Source: Eledone cirrhosa
Lineage: Eukaryota
Reading direction: 5' to 3'
Assembly (NCBI GenBank): GCA_964016885.1
Contig: CAXHJY010000035.1
Span: 5,676 to 69,675, forward strand
Length of the DNA: 64,000 nt
Position 1 is the stretch's first letter, and the number at the start of each line of letters is the position of its first letter. The position numbers and the translations under genes were made by a program. The notes under the pieces are model-generated. The model had not been told where the DNA came from, did not search any database, and was given only the letters and a program-made list of their open reading frames with translations. This document shows, piece by piece, positions 1-12,214 of this stretch.

Positions 1-205
1 CTTTGTTTGTTTACTGTCTCGCTCGCTCGTTCCCCCTATTTACGTGTCCTAACGACTTTCTTTAGCCGTTGCTCGCACCAACCAGAGGTATATGGTCTTT
101 AAAGCGATGAAATACCAATGAAGGTTGGAAGATCACTGATGAAGGACTAAATTTATTCATATGTAACCCATTTGCAACCACGCAGCACGCCATGTTTTCA
201 TATTT
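1..205 (+). mobile_element. TA-flanked repeat family P with conserved structured motif (candidate permuted hammerhead)
   Basis: Homologous to 49860-50070 (+), 46218-46310 (-) and 57415-57690 (-). Conserved GCGATGAAAT..TGA.RGTTGKAA.A.CACTGAYGAAGGAC...CATATGTAACC..TGCAAC. The 3' end abuts (TA)n. Confidence 0.7.
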
Positions 206-208
206 TTC

Positions 209-240
<32 letters not shown>

Positions 241-852
241 GGTGGCTGCCAACTCGTTTTCGAGTACGACCATTACTTTATATCCATGTAGGAGAACCCC
301 TACTGATGCGCTGAACGAATGTGACTTTTTAGTCCAGCCAGCAACTTGAAAACTCTGGTACAAACACTACACTTGTGACAATTATTAACATATAGTGCTG
401 GGCCCATGGTACCATGTGACGACATGTGCAGAGAGATCTCCAGAAATATACCAATGCCTGTGCCGTGAAGCTTTTATAGTGAGCAAAGGCACTGCACAAA
501 GCCAGTCCCACTCTCTTAACCAAGATGATATTTACCAAAAAGAAGAACAAGTCAACATCATTAGATACCATCAGGGTTGCAGGTGTTATATCAGAGTTTT
601 CCTTCTCCTAGAATTCTGCCTTGACAAAGGCTAAGGGGTCATCTCTCCCGGTGATTTTGGATGGCCATTGACTCTTAAGAGCTCCTTTTCCCTTTGACAG
701 GTTTTGTTTTTAGTCCTGCAGGATGTCCAAAGTCACCCTCCTCACCAAGAAACCTTGGTGGGGTTGCCAGTTTAGTCGCCAACGACCCGACCATGAGACA
801 GGTTGTACTGGGATACATGTTACCAGTAGCACCAACTGGTGACCTGACATAA
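241..852 (-). mobile_element. Family A ~610 bp non-autonomous RTE-like retroelement, full copy
   Basis: Near-identical to five other copies in the window. The sense strand carries GTCGTTGGCGACTAAACTGGCAACC and CTAGGAGAAGGAAAACTCTGATA, motifs typical of RTE-clade 5' regions, plus a 3' hairpin ACTCG-AAAA-CGAGT. Flanked by (TA)n. Confidence 0.8.
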
Positions 853-980
853 CTACGAATATATATATATATATATACATATATACATACATATAAGGTA
901 CTTGAATCTTCAAATACTACCACTACAGGAATTGAAGATTCAAGTACCTTAGCGGTATGTCGCATAATCAATCTCTTATA

Positions 981-1043
981 TATTTTATCTGATGAAAACG
1001 TAGTGAAACACCATTGTACCTTTGAAATATGTATAATAAAATA
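981..1043 (+). ncRNA. Type I hammerhead ribozyme, family B (in element 896-1095)
   Basis: TATTTTAT-CTGATGA-[stem II, degenerate]-GAAA-TATGTA-TA-ATAAAATA. Stem [17 protein letters not shown] is perfect. Confidence 0.7.
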
Positions 1044-1155
1044 TGTACTTTGGTTATGAGAATATTTCTCATTTATTAATATTTTGAATAATATTATATA
1101 TATATATATATCAATGATATTAAATAAATGGAAACTATATTTATAAAACCATATT

Positions 1156-1216
1156 TATTCTATTATATATATTTCAAGGGTACCAAAACTTTGGTACGCT
1201 CTCATCAGATAAAATA
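1156..1216 (-). ncRNA. Type I hammerhead ribozyme, family B
   Basis: Minus strand: TATTTTAT-CTGATGA-GAGCGTACCAAAGTTTTGGTACCCTT-GAAA-TATATA-TA-ATAGAATA. Confidence 0.85.
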
Positions 1217-1576
1217 CAAAGTTTGTTTTATAAATATTGACATATCCAAAAAGGAAATCTTAACGGATCAAGTTTTTCCGGCTCAATTGGAACACTCGTC
1301 GTTGTAACCGCATTCGCGGTTCAGGTTCTTCGCGGATTTTTCTTTTCGTCATATATGTCTGTGAATTTTGATTCAGTTTGTATTATTAGTTTTATTATTA
1401 ATATTATCTGTTTATTTTTATTTTTGTGTGTTCGCCTTCTCCAATCTTCTAATAGTTTTCTATCAAGATATGTGGAGCTGTAGTTATATATATATTCATA
1501 CATATACAACACATGTACACATATATATACATACAGACAGGCAGACAAATATATATTTTTCCGTGTATGATTGTGT

Positions 1577-1655
<79 letters not shown>

Positions 1656-1691
1656 CATATATATATATATGTATATATACATAGAGGTATA

Positions 1692-1743
<52 letters not shown>

Positions 1744-1779
1744 CATATATATATATATGTATATATACATAGAGGTATA

Positions 1780-1857
<78 letters not shown>

Positions 1858-1936
1858 CATATATATATATAAATATATATATACACGTTTATATTTATGC
1901 ATATATGTGGATTTTAGTCTTCAAATTTATTATTAT

Positions 1937-2002
<66 letters not shown>

Positions 2003-2190
2003 TTGTGTGTGTGTATATATGTATACATATATATATATACATTTATATATATATATATATTTTTATGCTTTGGGAGGGTCATGTTGCCAATAACGAAATA
2101 TATATATATATACGCTTATGTTTTATCTATATATGTCTAACTGTCTAACTCTTCGTAATTCCGATATCTCTTCGATACTTCATCTACACA

Positions 2191-2239
<49 letters not shown>

Positions 2240-2588
2240 GTGTGTGTATATATACACACATATACTTACACGCATATTTCCTTTGTTATCGAATTCATTT
2301 TTATATAATTTCATTTATATAACAATGCATTAAGACATATTTATATAACTATATAACTATATATATATGTGTGTGTGTCCGTGTATATACATATATATAC
2401 ATATATACGTATATGTTTCTTTTCGCTTTCTCCAGTAAAACTTTTCGAATTAACCAGACATCGTAACAAGCTGAAGGCGAATAGAAAGTTGGAAAAATGA
2501 GATTTTTCTCCTCACCATATTATTTCATTTATCATTAATTTGTAGAAAATATATATACATATACATACATAGAGACAAACAGAAAGAG

Positions 2589-2718
<130 letters not shown>

Positions 2719-2806
2719 ATCTTTCTGTTTGTCTCTATGTATGTATATGTATATATATATACACACACGCATACACCCGCCTTTATATAAATATATATAT
2801 ACATTT

Positions 2807-2892
<86 letters not shown>

Positions 2893-2965
2893 ATACATAC
2901 ATATTTATATATATATATATATATATATTTGTATGTATCTGTATGGACATATAAACGCATATATT

Positions 2966-3026
<61 letters not shown>

Positions 3027-3050
3027 CTCTAATATTCTTTATATAATAAA

Positions 3051-3085
<35 letters not shown>

Positions 3086-3404
3086 CACACACACACATAC
3101 ATATACACTCACACAAACACTCACAGACAAAGTGGTGGTGGGGAGGAATACAATCTCCAAGAGAGATAGTGAAAGATATTGTTTTTTCAGAGGAAGAAAT
3201 AAAAACGCCAACGGTTGAGATGGGAATGAGATAAAGTTTTAAAACATAAATTTCCTGTTGAAATTAAGGTGAGACTTTGTTAACCAATTCATTGTTCAGC
3301 CGCTCATTGTTTTTCAAACATACTACCTATGATTTTGCAATCATTTTAAAGCTGATCTGTGAGACGTAGCTTAACCTAAGTTCATATATATAATTACAAG
3401 AAAG

Positions 3405-3836
3405 GTTTTTATTTAGATATTGGTTTCTTATATAGGCACAACGCCAGCAATTTTGGGGGAAGGGAAAGTCGATTAAATCGACCCCAGTGCGTGACTGGTG
3501 TCACGCATTGGGTCACGCACGGGGTCGGTAAAATAAAGTACCAGTCACGCACTGGGGTCGATTTAATCGCCCCCCCCCCCCCACAAAAAAAAAAAAACTG
3601 CTGGCCTTCTGCCCATATAAGGTTGACTTTGGCTTTCATCCTTACGGGGTCGATAAAATAAAGTACCAGTAATGTACTGGGTATTTGCTGGCCTTGTGCC
3701 TAACGTAGAAACAATTATTTTATCTGAGTTCAAATCCCGCCGAGGTTAACTTTGCCTGTCATCCTTACGGGGTCGATAAAATAAAGTACCAGTAATGTAC
3801 TGGGTAATTGCTGGCCTTGTGCCTAACGTAGAAACA
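3405..3836 (+). mobile_element. Cluster of tRNA-derived SINE fragments (Octopus OK-like)
   Basis: B-box GAGTTCAAATCCCG followed by CCGAGGTTAACTTTGCCTTTCATCCTTACGGGGTCGATAAAATAAAGTACCAG, repeated. The first fragment is inverted. Confidence 0.75.
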
Positions 3837-4217
3837 ATTTTTTTTTTTTTTTTTCAAATTTTTGGTTGTCAAAATTATGGTGCATCTTCGGTGCCGGGAA
3901 ATACGGTAGCTCTCTTTCTAAAATGGACTGTTACTTTGAATATCGATCTCGAACACACGATAAGATGATGTCGACTTCAGCCGGATTTTAACACGGAGCA
4001 CAGAAAGTCAGAACGAATTTAACCATAAAATATTTTTATCCGACGTTTCAACGGGATATTTCGCCGCCATTGCGTCACTCGTCAGTTTCTATAGACAAAA
4101 GAGAGAGATTATGTCGCCTATTGATACTTAACTGAGAAGAGCAATGATAGATTTCTGTTATCGATCTCTTCCCCTCCCTCTCTCGTCTTTTAACGGACCT
4201 TCTTATATATTTATACA

Positions 4218-4287
<70 letters not shown>

Positions 4288-4449
4288 CACTGCTTGCTAC
4301 TGTTGAATATGTTTATCGTTGTTAATATTCACTGAGCGATAGATCGATAAATCGATATATTCAATGATTGAATGAAATGATTCGCTATTTTATTGACTTG
4401 TTTCAATCGGTTGCTCGGTTGCTTGACTGGTTTTCGTTGGTTTATGTCC

Positions 4450-4660
4450 ACTGGATAGTCGGATGGTTGGATGGTTGGATGGTTGGATGGTTGGTTGAAT
4501 GGCTGGCTTGTTTGATTGGATGGTTCCATGGTTGGTGGACGGTTGTTTGCCTAGTTGGAAGCCCTGTTGGTAGGTTAGTTGCATGGATGGTGGGTTGGTT
4601 GACTGGCTGGTTGGATGGATGGTTGGTTGGGTGGTTGAATGGTTGGTTGATGGTTTAGTT
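4450..4660. repeat. Degenerate (GGTT/GGAT)n microsatellite
   Basis: Direct reading. Confidence 0.85.
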
Positions 4661-4685
4661 CGTTGATTTGCATATTTACATGCTT

Positions 4686-4722
<37 letters not shown>

Positions 4723-4836
4723 CATATATATGTATATATATATATTTATACATATATATATATATATACAATATCGATACATATATATATATATATATAC
4801 ATATATGTATATATATATATATATATATGTATCTAT

Positions 4837-5140
<304 letters not shown>

Positions 5141-5201
5141 TATGTAGATATATATATATGTATATATATATGTATATGTTTGTATATATATATATATATA
5201 G

Positions 5202-5234
<33 letters not shown>

Positions 5235-5567
5235 TACGCGTGTTTGTGTATATGTGTTTAGGAACAGTTTCAGAGCAGCATGTCACCAACATGGCAGTAT
5301 GAACGACAACCAGCCTTTTGTTATTGGCTAATGAGTTGATTAACTAATTAATTAGTTATTTAACTAATCAACTAATTAAATAATTAGTTAATTAATTGGT
5401 TTGTCAAAGACACTTCATCTTACACGACCCTGGTTATGTCCGCCGAGCAGGTCATACCTCGTGCGACTTCCTATATAAACACACACACTTATTGTGAGTG
5501 TGTTTGTATATATATGTATATGTATATGTATATATATACATATATATATATCATATATATGTATATA

Positions 5568-5631
5568 CAAGGTGTCCCCAGCAAATGTATACATACTTTG
5601 ATTAGAATGCTGTTGAATTTTAGACACCCTG
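5568..5631. mobile_element. Tiny Tc1/mariner-type MITE
   Basis: TA|CAAGGTGTC...GACACCCTG|TA terminal inverted repeats with TA flanks. Confidence 0.55.
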
Positions 5632-5748
<117 letters not shown>

Positions 5749-5754
5749 GGTATA

Positions 5755-5814
5755 TATACCTGATGATGTCACCGTATTCATACTGAACCCGGTCATTGAA
5801 ATGATCCTAGTATA
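5755..5814 (+). ncRNA. Type I hammerhead ribozyme (single-copy family, element ~5745-5862)
   Basis: TATAC-CTGATGA-TGTCACCG...CGGTCATT-GAAA-TGATCC-TA-GTATA. Stem I TATAC/GTATA; AATAAA follows. Confidence 0.75.
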
Positions 5815-5857
5815 ATAAACCTTTCAAGGATTTACACCAGAACAGCCTCCTGTTATT

Positions 5858-5930
<73 letters not shown>

Positions 5931-6221
5931 TTGTGTTTGTGTGTGTGTGTGTGTGTTTGTGTGTGTGCCATGGGCCACTGCAGTATTTTAGGGGCCAATC
6001 TAAGAGAAAGAATAAATTTTTTTTAAAAGAAATAAAACAATTAAGCAAAGCATTTGGTCAATCAATTCGCCGGGGAATTCCTAGAAACCAAAATATACGA
6101 TCGTGCAACTAGCTGGAATCAGTGGTTGTACATTCTACTTAATCTAAAGCTTAGTGTATTCATTCATGCATGGAAACATACGTACAAGCAGAACCATACA
6201 CACAAGCATATATATATATAT

Positions 6222-6275
<54 letters not shown>

Positions 6276-6279
<4 letters not shown>

Positions 6280-6470
6280 TTAATATAGATGAGATTCTAC
6301 AGGACTAGAACTGTTTCATTCATTTGAAATCATCAGGAATCTCATGATGATTTCAAATGAATGAAACAGTTCTAGTCCTGTAGAATCTCATCTATATTAA
6401 AACTGTTATACTCTGCTATGTATTGAGTACCTTACTTACTGTGGTTTCCTCCGATTCAACCCGGAATAAC

Positions 6471-6472
<2 letters not shown>
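6276..6472. mobile_element. Family D fold-back retrozyme-like element
   Basis: Minus arm 6276-6343 and plus arm 6345-6472 are reverse complements. Flanked by (TA)n. Same family at 17999-18658 and 43214-43314. Confidence 0.85.
6291..6343 (-). ncRNA. Type I hammerhead ribozyme, family D
   Basis: GAGATTC-CTGATGA-TTTCAAATGAAT-GAAA-CAG-TTCTAGTC-CTG-TA-GAATCTC; all three stems pair. Confidence 0.9.
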
Positions 6473-6524
<52 letters not shown>

Positions 6525-6528
<4 letters not shown>

Positions 6529-6840
6529 GGTATATATTGAGTTAGGAACTCAAAATAGTCTCTTACAACAAAATAGCTCTAAGAAAGAGATATTTCTGAG
6601 CCGTATATTATAATAGAATACAAAAGAAAAAACAAACACAGATATATAGATATATGTATTTAAATCGTAAGGGACCTGATTCACTAAGGTTTATTTTCTT
6701 AATTTGTTCTTAAATTGAGACAAGCGAACCCAATTGTCTATAGTTTGTATTCTTTTCACCTTAGCGAATCAGGTCCCTTACGATTTAAACGCATATATCT
6801 ATATATCTGTGTTTGTTTTTTTCTGTTATATTCTATTATA
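6525..6840. mobile_element. Family E TA-flanked element with internal inverted repeat
   Basis: 6608-6690 is the reverse complement of 6757-6840. A second copy lies at ~23530-23940. No canonical HHR core was recognised. Confidence 0.65.
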
Positions 6841-6947
6841 TATATATATATATATATACTTACACACGAACTACTGACCAAATAATATTTGGTATCAATG
6901 AGTTAAAGACTGTCAAATCAATTAGTGGTGAAGGTGGTGTTTATATG

Positions 6948-7062
<115 letters not shown>

Positions 7063-7304
7063 TGAGTGAGTGTGAAAGACCAAAGGTCATTATTGAAAGT
7101 CTTTGGATTTTGCAAAATACATATTTTTTACTGGAGAAGCTAAGATATTTTTCCGCAAAAATTTGATTGCACTGTTTTGTTTCCACTTATGTATTTTTCG
7201 AAAATGTTATTTATTCATTATAAAAATTAAATGATAGCATTCTATATGTAGGTGGGCCCCCTTCATCTCCTGGCAACCAATATTTTTAGACACAGTCCGC
7301 CACT

Positions 7305-7339
<35 letters not shown>

Positions 7340-7346
<7 letters not shown>

Positions 7347-7712
7347 GTAAGTATGTATACGTACATACATATATGTATACAGACGTACAGTAGTATGGAT
7401 ATATATTCATACATCCACACATATATATATGCACGTATCGGTTTACCGAACATTTATTATAATGCTCCGTTTGTTTGTTTGTAAACAAACAAACAGCCCG
7501 AATTACGCCGTACAGTGTTTAGGCAACTACGTCACCTTTTTGTTCAACACTGACACAGGAACGATGTACTAGTTTCATATATATACACACTACTGTACAT
7601 ATATACACACTACTGTACATATATACATACTACTGTACGTATACATACATACTTACATTTAAGTAAGTGCCGTACTAGGAGTGAGAAATGAAATTTCGTT
7701 TCATTCTATTGC

Positions 7713-7715
<3 letters not shown>
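7340..7715. mobile_element. Family F element fragments (inverted arrangement)
   Basis: Homologous to 15962-16950. The minus arm ends at the HHR 3' half (GAAA-CTAG-TA-CATCG). Confidence 0.7.
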
Positions 7716-7750
<35 letters not shown>

Positions 7751-7754
<4 letters not shown>

Positions 7755-7936
7755 CGAAGGAAATGTGGTAAGGAACCAGGTGGACCATAACGCACCAAAG
7801 TACTCAATACTTGAAGTAGTAGAGTGGGTAATAGGAACCAGTAAGACCCCGACAGCTGAGCTCAAGCCGTTTCGACGGCTAATTCAGAATTAGCCGTTGA
7901 AACGGCTTGAGCTCAGCTGTCGGGGTCTTACTGGTT

Positions 7937-7940
<4 letters not shown>
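7751..7940 (-). mobile_element. Family C fold-back element
   Basis: Same architecture as 4941-5140; palindrome centre AATTCAGAATT at 7881-7891. Confidence 0.85.
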
Positions 7941-7972
<32 letters not shown>

Positions 7973-7992
7973 CATACACATATATATGTATG

Positions 7993-8064
<72 letters not shown>

Positions 8065-8084
8065 CATACACATATATATGTATG

Positions 8085-8144
<60 letters not shown>

Positions 8145-8164
8145 CATACACATATATAGGTATG

Positions 8165-8224
<60 letters not shown>

Positions 8225-8244
8225 CATACACATATATAGGTATG

Positions 8245-8284
<40 letters not shown>

Positions 8285-8309
8285 CATACACATATATAGG
8301 TATGTATAA

Positions 8310-8340
<31 letters not shown>

Positions 8341-8360
8341 CATACACATATATAGGTATG

Positions 8361-8433
<73 letters not shown>

Positions 8434-8435
<2 letters not shown>

Positions 8436-8590
8436 TCCTGGACCAGGTGATGCGTTATGTCCTTGAGCAAGACACTTTATTTCACGTTGCTCCTTCTACC
8501 TGGAGTTGCGACCGGTAGATAGTACAAGCAACTGGAAAGACCGACGAAAACATTGCTTCCTCGGTCCGATTTGACGAAAGTCGATCGACT
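8434..8590 (+). mobile_element. 5'-truncated OR-like (CORE-type) SINE
   Basis: GTCCTTGAGCAAGACACTTTATTTCAC core; homologous to the full copy at 59385-59602 (-). Confidence 0.7.
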
Positions 8591-8595
8591 TTTTT

Positions 8596-8631
<36 letters not shown>

Positions 8632-8811
8632 TTTACCTGTTCCAGCCATCCGGCTCAGACCATGCTGGGGCACCATATATAAATTAGTACGAATAGCTCC
8701 AAATTTTCAGTAAAATTTTCCCTAAAAATTTCTGAAAAGATTCCATAAAACTTTCCCAAAATTTTCATGAAAACTTTCACCAAAATATTTCCTCAAGTTT
8801 TCTCAAAATTT

Positions 8812-9040
8812 TCACAAACTCCTTCCAAAACGAGAGTGGGCTTGGCTCCATGCAAAGTCTTTCCTTACTAAAAGAAAAAAATCTTCAAGCGCAGGCATCG
8901 CTTGATATGTGACATTCTTTGCGATGCATGCTATTGCTGGCCATAGGCAAGCCCCTAGCGGAACTAAAAAGCCACGTCCGTGATGCTCTTGCTTAAGTAT
9001 CAAGCAATGGCATTACTCGAAATCGAGTTGCAGCCATCAT
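8812..9040 (+). mobile_element. Diverged relative of family A (3' part)
   Basis: GAGAGTGGGCTTGGCTCC, GCAGGCATCGCTTGATAT and the terminal TACTCGAAATCGAGTTGCAGCCATCAT align with the family A 3' half. Confidence 0.65.
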
Positions 9041-9078
9041 ATATGTATGTATGTATTTATATAATGTAAGTATAGATG

Positions 9079-9491
9079 ACCGGGAGAGATGACCCCTTAG
9101 CCTTTGTCAAGGCAGAATTCTAGGAGAAGGAAAACTCTGATATAACAACTGCAACTCTGATGGTATCCAATGATGTTGACTTGTTCTTCTTTTTGGTAAA
9201 TATCATCTTGGTTAAGAGAGTGGGACTGGCTTTGTGCAGTGCCTTTGCTCACTATAAAAGCTTCACGGCACAGGCATTGCTTTATATCTGGAGATCTCTC
9301 TGCACCTGTCATCACATGGTACCATGGGCCCAGCACTGTGTGTCAATAATTGTCACAAGTGTAGTGTTTGTACCAGAGTTTTCAAGTCGCTGGCTGGACT
9401 AAAAAGTCACACTCGTTCAGCGCATCGGTAGGGGTTCTCTTACATGGATATAAAGTAGTGGCCGTACTCGAAAACGAGTTGGCAGCCACCA
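9079..9491 (+). mobile_element. Family A, 5'-truncated copy
   Basis: Matches the 3' 410 bp of 31259-31870 and ends in (ATGT)n. Confidence 0.85.
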
Positions 9492-9530
9492 TGTATGTAT
9501 GTATATATATATCTATATATATATATATAT

Positions 9531-10410
9531 ATTCCTTTCTCCTCCTGTTCCGTCCTAACCACAATCCTAAACCTTGTTTTTAGTAACCACACAGCTCCTT
9601 TCGTTTTATAACTTTTTGTATTTACCGCTGTGACCCTACCTGCTTTGGTCGATCTGTGTTCCCTCCACACTTTCGCATCGACCCTCCCTTCTCTTCCTCA
9701 GTCTCGTTTTTCTCTCTCTCTCCCTCTCTCTCTCTCTCTATCCATCCGTTCGGTTTTGATTGTTGACATGTTTACACGTGCCGTGGTGGCCTCTATGTCC
9801 GCAATCTTTGCGGCACATTTTTACCAGCGTCGTAAAAAAAAAACCTTCTGGATTATCTCCCTTTCCCTTCTTCTCACTTTTGGCTGCCCGTGTCTCTCTC
9901 TCACTTTCTCCTGTCTATGTGAGAGGCAGCACGATTATACCAGCTCTGAGTCGTAGCTGACCACTAGGCTAAAGTCTCCCAGGTTGGCCACAACTTACTT
10001 TCCCTATTTTTCCACGGTTACTTTTTTGCATGTTTCTTTCACCTGTGTCTTCCCACGATGGGACCTGTACACATTTTTTTTCTCCTATTCCTTTCCTATT
10101 TTTCCCCCTTCTTCTCTCTTCATCTTTCCCCCTTGATCTTCCTCCTTTCCCTCTCTTTCCTTTTCTCTCTCCTTTTTTTCTCTCTTTCTCTCTCCTTTTC
10201 CACCTGGCCTTTTGATTAATAAACGGCCTCGGGCGCACCTGAAATACACCGATGTCATGTTATTCAGCGCCGAAACATCGGTTCGGGAAACATTTACAGC
10301 TGACGATGGAAACTCCTTTCTTCATTTCTCCTCCTGTTCCGTCCTAACCACCATCCTAAACCTCGTTTTTAGTAACCACACAGCTCCTTTCGTTTCATAA
10401 CTTTTTCTAT
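9531..10410 (+). mobile_element. Family G element with ~90 bp terminal direct repeat (PLE pLTR-like partial tandem)
   Basis: TTTCTCCTCCTGTTCCGTCCTAACCAC...ATAACTTTTT occurs at 9536-9618 and 10325-10406. Both ends lie in (TA)n. Confidence 0.6.
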
Positions 10411-11184
10411 ATATATATATACATATATATAAAGACGAAGTTTTTTATATGTGTCTGTATGTATGTGTGTGGACAATTTTTAATGAGGGCTCATATATTC
10501 TAAACCATTCATGCGATTTCTTTGAAACTTTGTACAGAGCTTCTCCTTGCACAAAACCTGTACATGATCTACAAAGGCTTTCAAAAATCTATATTGGGGC
10601 CTTTGGAGACATTAAAAAAGTTTCGGTTATTTGTGTCAATTTTCGTGATTAAGTAAGACAAGAGTTATCTTTAAGTAAGACGAGTTATCTTTCGTAATTC
10701 GGCTCATTCGGATTTTTATTTACTCTTTGTACTTGAAACAAAAAGTACGCTTCCTTGAGTCTAACAATATCATTTTGTATATTTCACAACCAGCAATTTC
10801 TAACAGAATACTAAGTTAAGTTATAGATTTGACATTGTATAATTTATCGTTTCAAGCTTGATGTTCATACATTAAGTGATGTCATAACTTTTACAATATT
10901 ATACTTTGTACATAATAGTGTCTATTATTCACTTCACTTCTCTATTTCATTATGCACTTTAACTGTTGTCAAAAAAGTTTATACCTAGACTTGATTTCTG
11001 TTGTTACATGGTATAACGGATGAGACCGAGCTCACATATTAATTATTTCGCTTGAATAGTGCCTAAGGTTTTCATGTTTACATAAAGTACGTTTTTCTTC
11101 TATGTATTCAAATTTACTTTGTTTAGTTTAATGAGCTACATCGAAAGTTACTTGAACCGTCCAAAGGACGGGTAGTTTAGCTAG
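10406..11184 (+). mobile_element. Non-autonomous Helitron
   Basis: 5' TCTATATATA..AAAG; 3' hairpin CCGTCC-AAA-GGACGG followed by CTAG|T. Confidence 0.75.
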
Positions 11185-11270
11185 TATATATATATATATA
11201 TATGTGTGTGTGTGCGTGTGTGTGTGTGTAGGTCTGTGTGAGTGTATGTGTATGTATGTAAAACATTTTG

Positions 11271-11331
11271 TATTTTATCTGATGATAGCGTACCGAAATT
11301 TTGGTACCCTTGAAATATATATAATAGAATA
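11271..11331 (+). ncRNA. Type I hammerhead ribozyme, family B
   Basis: TATTTTAT-CTGATGA-TAGCGTACC GAAATTTT GGTACCCTT-GAAA-TATATA-TA-ATAGAATA. Confidence 0.85.
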
Positions 11332-11375
11332 AATATGGTTTTATGAATATAGTTTCCATTTATTTAATATCATTG

Positions 11376-11425
<50 letters not shown>

Positions 11426-11547
11426 TGTATGTATGTATGTATGTATGTATGTATGTATGTATGTATATACGTACGTATTTATGTAAGTATGTGTGTATAT
11501 ATCTATGCATATATATATGTGTGTGTGTGTGTCTGTATGTGTGTGTA

Positions 11548-11578
<31 letters not shown>

Positions 11579-11681
11579 ATATATATATGTATATATATGT
11601 ATATATGTCTATATGTATATATATATATATGTGTGTGTGCGCGTGTGTGTGTGTCTGTATATGTGTATATATGTATATATG

Positions 11682-11761
<80 letters not shown>

Positions 11762-11954
11762 TATATATATGTATACATGTCTATATATATATATATGTCT
11801 ATATATATATATGTGTGTGTAATCTGTCCAATGGCACTATGACTGCCATTACTTCTCTGTTCCGTGTCCGCCATTTTTAATCAAAACACTGACACGCAAA
11901 TACCGCAGACTTGTAATTATTGTTCATTGAAATATGCGGGGAAAAAACGGTTAT

Positions 11955-12205
11955 TGTCATCACCATCATCGTCGTCATCGACATCGTCATCATCGTCATC
12001 ATCGACATCGTCGTCATCGTCATCATCGACATCGCCATCATCGTCATCATCGACATCGTCGTCATCGTCATCATCGACATCGCCATCGTCATCATCGTCA
12101 TCATCGACATCGTCATCATCATCGTCACCTTTATCGTCATCATCGTCGTCATCGCCATCGTCATCATCGCCATCGCCATCGTCATCATCATCATCGTCGT
12201 CATCA
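11955..12205. repeat. (TCA/TCG)n trinucleotide repeat
   Basis: Direct reading. Confidence 0.9.
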
Positions 12206-12214
12206 TGTTGTTAG

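Noticed and set aside
157-971. Recurring 79-98 aa ORFs (MLGPWYHV..., MVSNDVDL...)
   Set aside because: They recur only because family A copies are near-identical; there is no recognisable domain and they overlap on both strands.
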